Positions 19,668 through 23,741 of a stretch of 23,741 nucleotides of DNA are shown here, one piece after another (the first letter of the stretch is position 1; the number at the start of each line of letters is the position of its first letter). The position numbers and the translations under genes were made by a program. Under the pieces are notes generated by a model. That model was not told where the DNA came from. It searched no databases and was given only the letters and a program-made list of their open reading frames with translations. Origin of the DNA: Armatimonadota bacterium (GTDB lineage: Bacteria > Armatimonadota > UBA5829 > DTLH01); the NCBI GenBank assembly GCA_038207085.1, contig JBBRAE010000040.1:1-23741 (forward strand), read 5' to 3'.

Positions 19668-20594
19668 CTAATCCTCCGGCACTTCTCCGCGCTCCCAATC
19701 AGCGGACTTCTCAAACCCGCGTATCCACTTCTCCAAAGCCCGGCACATATCCTCCGCAAGCGGCTCAAAGTTCGCGGCGACAGCCACATTCTCTCGAAGA
19801 TGACGCAGGTTCCACACCCCAGGGATCACAACGTCTATCGGACGGTCAAAGGGCATCGTAAGCGCGTAGCGCAGCAGATCAGGAGCGCTCGCCTGGCCGG
19901 GGTCCTCCCCTATCAGCCGAGCCTTCCAGCACCCGCCAAACGCCTTCATCCCGATCAGCCCCATCTTCTTGGAGCGCGCGAGCGGAATCTGGGTCTCCAG
20001 CGCCTCCTCGGCATACACTGACGGGTTGATAAAACACATAAATGCGTCCCAGTCATACATCCCGACGGCCTCGGTCACTTTCGGATACTGAGGATGCCCG
20101 GTCATACCGATGAACCGCGTTACCCCCTCTTCCTTGAGCTTCGAAAGCGTCGAAAAGACCCCATCCGGCTCCCCCATCGCCTTGACATCATCGCTTTCTG
20201 AGACGTGATGCACCATCAACAGATCGAGCTGATCGGTATGGAGCACCTTCAAGCTGTTCTCAACGTGTGCCATAATGCCGTCATAGTCGCGCCGGTCGAC
20301 CTTGGTGGTCAAAAACACTTCGGCGCGCCTCGAAGCCATCACCTGACCAACACGCCACTCGCTTTTCTTGTAACCCGGCGACGTGTCAATAAAGTTGATT
20401 CCAAGATCTATCGCCTCGTTGATGATCTCGAAGCAGACGTCGTCGTCCTGCCCCTCTTGGATAATTCCGACGCCGCCCAGCCCGAGCAGACTCACGTCAA
20501 CCCCCGTCCAGCCCAGTTCCCTCTGAATAAGCTTGCGAGAGTAGCTGGACTCGTCGCCTCTTTGGTTGCTGTTCACATCACTTACTAAGTTCAT
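19668..20594 (-). CDS. Aldo/keto reductase
   Basis: RELGWTG.DVS.LGLGG, GINFIDTS..Y..SE, FLTTK, SL..L.TD.LDL..VH and RFIG.TGH; the D/Y/K/H tetrad is present. GGAGG RBS. Confidence 0.92.
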   Translation of the reverse strand: MNLVSDVNSNQRGDESSYSRKLIQRELGWTGVDVSLLGLGGVGIIQEGQDDDVCFEIINEAIDLGINFIDTSPGYKKSEWRVGQVMASRRAEVFLTTKVDRRDYDGIMAHVENSLKVLHTDQLDLLMVHHVSESDDVKAMGEPDGVFSTLSKLKEEGVTRFIGMTGHPQYPKVTEAVGMYDWDAFMCFINPSVYAEEALETQIPLARSKKMGLIGMKAFGGCWKARLIGEDPGQASAPDLLRYALTMPFDRPIDVVIPGVWNLRHLRENVAVAANFEPLAEDMCRALEKWIRGFEKSADWERGEVPED

Positions 20595-20720
20595 GCTTAC
20601 CTCCCGGTCAAGTGTAGCTTAACCTATCGCGTATTCTCTGTCAATTTCGGGCTCCTGGTGAAACGAAATCGTGCTTGGGTTGAGCGTGGGCGGATTTCGT
20701 TTTGTAGGTTTTTCGTGGGG

Positions 20721-20797
20721 TTGTATGCTGCGGGAACGCCTCTGTCCACAAACTGATCGTCCTAGCACCCTCTAAGTTCCCGCAGCAGAGGGCAAGG
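20721..20797 (+). repeat. 77-bp structured direct repeat, copy A
   Basis: TTGTATGCTGCGGGAACGCCTCTGTCCACAAACTGATCG...CCGCAGCAGAGGGCAAGG; near-identical to 22653-22728. Confidence 0.85.
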
Positions 20798-20916
20798 TTT
20801 GTGTCGGGACGGAAAAGCTGTACCGACACAAACTGAGCTTCGATAATAACGGCCACTATCACCGATCAGAGGGCTTCATCTCCAAAGGACGAGCCGAAGC
20901 ATCGAAAAGCCACTAA

Positions 20917-20989
20917 CCCGCATTATTCACGAGTAGCGTGAATAATGCTCTGTTAGCGAAAGCTTTATTCGCTTCACGAATAAAGCGGG
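20917..20989. mobile_element. 73-bp MITE-like element, copy 2
   Basis: CTAA|CCCGCATTATTC...GAATAAAGCGGG|CTAA. Confidence 0.7.
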
Positions 20990-21038
20990 CTAAGGCAGCC
21001 TAACAAAGTGTCCGTTTTTGGGGATCAGTCCAAACCGA

Positions 21039-21104
21039 ACTAACTGCACATTAATGTGCAGTTAGTAATGTATTAAGTAGCGTGTAAGGTCAACACTATA
21101 TCAT
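21039..21104 (+). promoter_or_regulatory. Regulatory region of the phosphatase gene: 28-bp palindrome, 11-bp periodic repeats (Pho-box-like), putative -10
   Basis: ACTAACTGCACATT|AATGTGCAGTTAGT (21039-21066). CTAA/TTAA/TTAG/TTAA/GTAA at 21040, 21051, 21062, 21073 and 21084; TATCAT at 21099-21104. Confidence 0.5.
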
Positions 21105-21188
21105 ACAAAAGTGGATCAGGCGTTTCTGTGTAATGGCGCCATATCCATATCAAGCCGGTAAAACCGGCTAACTATGAGGTATAGGAGA

Positions 21189-22574
21189 ATGAAGAAAATC
21201 ATAGCAGCAGTCGCCATCACCGGCGCACTGCTGGCAGCAAGCCTTCCTGCTTCTGCCGCAAAGAACGTCATCTTTATGATCAGTGATGGTATGGGCTACA
21301 ATCAGCTCGCAGCAGCCAACTACCACACTGGCACAACCCAGGCTTACCAGAACTTCTCGTTCAAGTCTGCGATGTCCACCTACTCTTACAACCGCGTTGA
21401 GGTTGGACTCGGTTACAATCCCAGCACTGCCTGGATTTACGATGGACAGAATGCCAAGTACATCAACGTAACCGAAGTCACGAACAAGCCGACCGATTCA
21501 GCCTCTGCAATGACCGCTATGATGACCGGAATCAAGAACTACGACGGCGCGGTCAATGTTATGCCTGGCACGAACGCAGCCCTGAAGACCTTCGCTCAGT
21601 ATGCCGCTGAGGCTGGCAAGGCTACCGGTGCGATCTCCACCGTTGAGTTCAGTCACGCTACTCCTGCTGCCGTCGCTGCTCACAACACAAGCCGCAACAA
21701 CTACTCCGCAATCGCCAACGAGATGATCTACAACAGCGACCTCGACGTCATTATGGGCGCAGGTCATCCGCTCTACGATGACAGTGGCGTTCTGAAGACC
21801 AGTGGCCAGAACTACAACTTCGTAGGTGGTCAGTCCACTTGGAACGACCTGACTGACGGCAGTGGCGCAAACAGCTTCAGCTTTATCGATCAGAAGTCGC
21901 AGTTCGAGGCACTGGCGAACGGCACACTGAGTCTGTCCAAGGTCGTCGGCGTCGCGCAGGCTGCGACAACAACGCAGCAGGGTCGCAGCAATACGGCTAA
22001 TAGCTACGATCCTATGAACAGCAACGTTCCTGGCCTCGGCGTTATGGCCAAGGGCGCTCTGAACGTTCTCAGCCAGGACCAGGACGGCTTCTTCCTGATG
22101 ATCGAGGGTGGAGCAGTCGACTGGGCTGGGCACGCCAATCAGTCGGACCGCGTCATTGAAGAGCAGATGGACTTCAACAACGCTGTAGACACAGTCATCG
22201 CATGGATCAACGGTAATGGCGGCTGGGATCAGAATATGCTGATCGTCACCGGCGACCACGAGACCGGCCTTCTGGCAAGCAGCGTCAAGGATGGCTTCAA
22301 CAATCCTATGCCAAACATCACTGGTGAGTCCGATATGGCGTGGTATTCAAGCAACCACACCAATGGCCTCGTTCCGTTCTTCTGCCAGGGTGCTGGCTCA
22401 GAGGTGTTCGGCAACTATATCGTTGGCACCGACCCTGTGCGCGGTGGTTACATAGACAATACCGCGATCTTCAACGTAATGAAGGAGACTTCTGTTCCGG
22501 AGCCTGGCAGCATTCTGGCTTTAGGCAGCGGCCTCATCGGCTTGGTCGGCTTCACCGTCCGCCGCAGGAAGTAA
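21189..22574 (+). CDS. phoA: Alkaline phosphatase (PhoA family) with signal peptide and PEP-CTERM sorting signal
   Basis: Motifs FMISDGMG, TDSASA (catalytic Ser), HATPAA, IEGGAVDWAGH, TGDHETG and HT. The C-terminus is VPEPGSILALGSGLIGLVGFTVRRRK. Confidence 0.93.
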   Translation: MKKIIAAVAITGALLAASLPASAAKNVIFMISDGMGYNQLAAANYHTGTTQAYQNFSFKSAMSTYSYNRVEVGLGYNPSTAWIYDGQNAKYINVTEVTNKPTDSASAMTAMMTGIKNYDGAVNVMPGTNAALKTFAQYAAEAGKATGAISTVEFSHATPAAVAAHNTSRNNYSAIANEMIYNSDLDVIMGAGHPLYDDSGVLKTSGQNYNFVGGQSTWNDLTDGSGANSFSFIDQKSQFEALANGTLSLSKVVGVAQAATTTQQGRSNTANSYDPMNSNVPGLGVMAKGALNVLSQDQDGFFLMIEGGAVDWAGHANQSDRVIEEQMDFNNAVDTVIAWINGNGGWDQNMLIVTGDHETGLLASSVKDGFNNPMPNITGESDMAWYSSNHTNGLVPFFCQGAGSEVFGNYIVGTDPVRGGYIDNTAIFNVMKETSVPEPGSILALGSGLIGLVGFTVRRRK

Positions 22575-22613
22575 GATTGCTCTCTGCCTTCGGGCAGACT
22601 GTGCGTTATCATA

Positions 22614-22654
22614 GACGGCCCGGTGCCTTTCGCATCGGGCCGTCCCTTCGTTTT
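22614..22654 (+). terminator. Probable intrinsic terminator after phoA
   Basis: GACGGCCCGGTGC...GCATCGGGCCGTC stem followed by a pyrimidine/T-rich tail. Confidence 0.6.
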
Positions 22655-22728
22655 GTATGCTGCGGTGCGCCTCTGTCCACAAACTGATCGTCCTCGCACC
22701 CTCTAAGTTCCCGCAGCAGAGGGCAAGG
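22653..22728 (+). repeat. 77-bp structured direct repeat, copy B
   Basis: Near-identical to 20721-20797 apart from a few substitutions and one gap. Confidence 0.85.
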
Positions 22729-22871
22729 GGACTGAGCCCTTTGTTAAGCCTTTCGCGGTCGGCCTCTTCAACTACCGATCGCGCTACTCTTAGCATGGCA
22801 GCAGTATACAATCTGCTGGATCTTTTGCCAATAAAGGGCTCAGTCCCTTTATTCCTCAGTCCCTTTATTCC
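22727..22871 (-). mobile_element. Internally deleted REP-associated (Y1/HUH) transposase remnant with inverted palindromic ends
   Basis: Ends GGGACTGAGCCCTTT and AAAGGGCTCAGTCCC. The minus strand has TTGGCA-17-TATACT, then ATG MLRVARSVVE fused to RGRPRKA*. Confidence 0.6.
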
Positions 22872-22974
22872 TACACAGCCATCTTCACAAACGAATAATT
22901 GCTGGAAGAACTGCGTCGTGTGGCTGGGCTTACCGAATGATCGCTGACGAGCACGCCCTGTGCCTACAGAGAGA

Positions 22975-23741
22975 TCAGTAAACAAGAATATCGCTCTGAT
23001 TCCGAACCCGAAGCACACGTTGCAGCCCACTCGATATGCGTTCCGAAGAAGAGATGCCGGTTACGGCAACATAATGCCAGTTGGAATCCAAAGTCACAGC
23101 GGAAGGCACAACGCATTTGATGTCGCTGGCGCTGCCGTCCTTTACGTAGAACGTGGTCGAGTTGTACCACCTGTAGGCACCGGATGTTCGCACCAGCAGC
23201 CCCAGATTGTTCAGTCCACTTCCGCCGATGACACCTTGCTGCCCAGCTCCGGTTGTCTGGTCATAATGGAAGTCTCCGCCGCCAAGGTTCTTGCCTGTCA
23301 GATACACCGGGTTGATCGATCCGTTACCTATAACGCAAGATTTGGCGAGCATCTGTCGCTCTCCATAGCCCATGAATGTTACCATTCGGCCGCAGGCCAC
23401 CGCCGTGTTCCCAATGGTCATTGACAGAGATGTCGGATCGTATATGCGCAGCCCGGACATCGACTCGGGAGATTGCAGGTAATAGTAGGGACCGAACACA
23501 GCACTCACGACGCCCTTGACTACCGCGAAGGGGGTGGAGAAGGGACCATCGTTTGGTCGGAGTTTTGCCGCTGATACGGATGCAACTCGGTCTGCCATCA
23601 GAACAATCGCACCGATGTCAGCCGCTGTTCCATCTATTTCCATGCCGGTTCCGGCATCTATACAGGGAGATCCGGCCTGAAGCCGATAATCTCCCGACTG
23701 CGGATTTGCGAAAAGCGGATCAGCCTGGATGTTCCCGGTCA
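22975..23741 (-). CDS. C-terminal part of a secreted parallel beta-helix-type protein (5'-truncated by window edge)
   Basis: The frame is open to the window end: TGNIQADPLFANPQSGDYRLQAGSPCIDAG...DIGA, followed by OB-fold-like repeats (VVSAVFG.YYYLQ...SGLRI; NNLGLLVRTSG). Confidence 0.75.
   Translation of the reverse strand, partial: TGNIQADPLFANPQSGDYRLQAGSPCIDAGTGMEIDGTAADIGAIVLMADRVASVSAAKLRPNDGPFSTPFAVVKGVVSAVFGPYYYLQSPESMSGLRIYDPTSLSMTIGNTAVACGRMVTFMGYGERQMLAKSCVIGNGSINPVYLTGKNLGGGDFHYDQTTGAGQQGVIGGSGLNNLGLLVRTSGAYRWYNSTTFYVKDGSASDIKCVVPSAVTLDSNWHYVAVTGISSSERISSGLQRVLRVRNQSDILVY

Noticed and set aside
20797..20916. GTTTGTGTCGG/CCGACACAAAC hairpin and a short downstream open frame
   Set aside because: The hairpin is real, but no RNA family or protein is recognisable; insufficient support for a feature.
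17470..22871. Repeats as a CRISPR array or integron attC sites
   Set aside because: No regular repeat-spacer periodicity, no cas or intI gene, and no RYYYAAC/GTTRRRY ends.

Overview
Bacterial chromosomal window, mostly housekeeping and probably Terrabacteria. Armatimonadota is an inference from the PEP-CTERM gene, the monoderm-type DnaK lacking the diderm insert, and HspR/HAIR control. From left to right it holds: split comEC; a divergent Rex with an N-terminal Cys-rich domain; a HAIR-controlled dnaK-hsp20-dnaJ(class II)-hspR operon without grpE; a LOG protein; a ROK kinase and PIG-L deacetylase pair; archaeal-type IMP cyclohydrolase PurO; a D-2-hydroxyacid dehydrogenase-xerC-hslV-hslU cluster; a collapsed SDR pseudogene; a large secreted protein; two small paralog-like ORFs; a URO-D-like protein; an aldo/keto reductase; a PEP-CTERM alkaline phosphatase; and the 3' end of a beta-helix-type protein. 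The intergenic DNA carries several small repeat families: GTAG REPs, a 50-bp double hairpin, a 73-bp MITE with CTAA flanks, and a 77-bp direct repeat flanking the phosphatase. It also holds an internally deleted RAYT-like transposase remnant and tandem dif/XerD-like half-sites. The best candidates for novelty are the Cys-domain Rex with a broken NADH motif, the XerD-type half-site pair, and the repeat-bounded phosphatase cassette next to the mini-RAYT. All calls come from motif recognition by eye; no searches were run.
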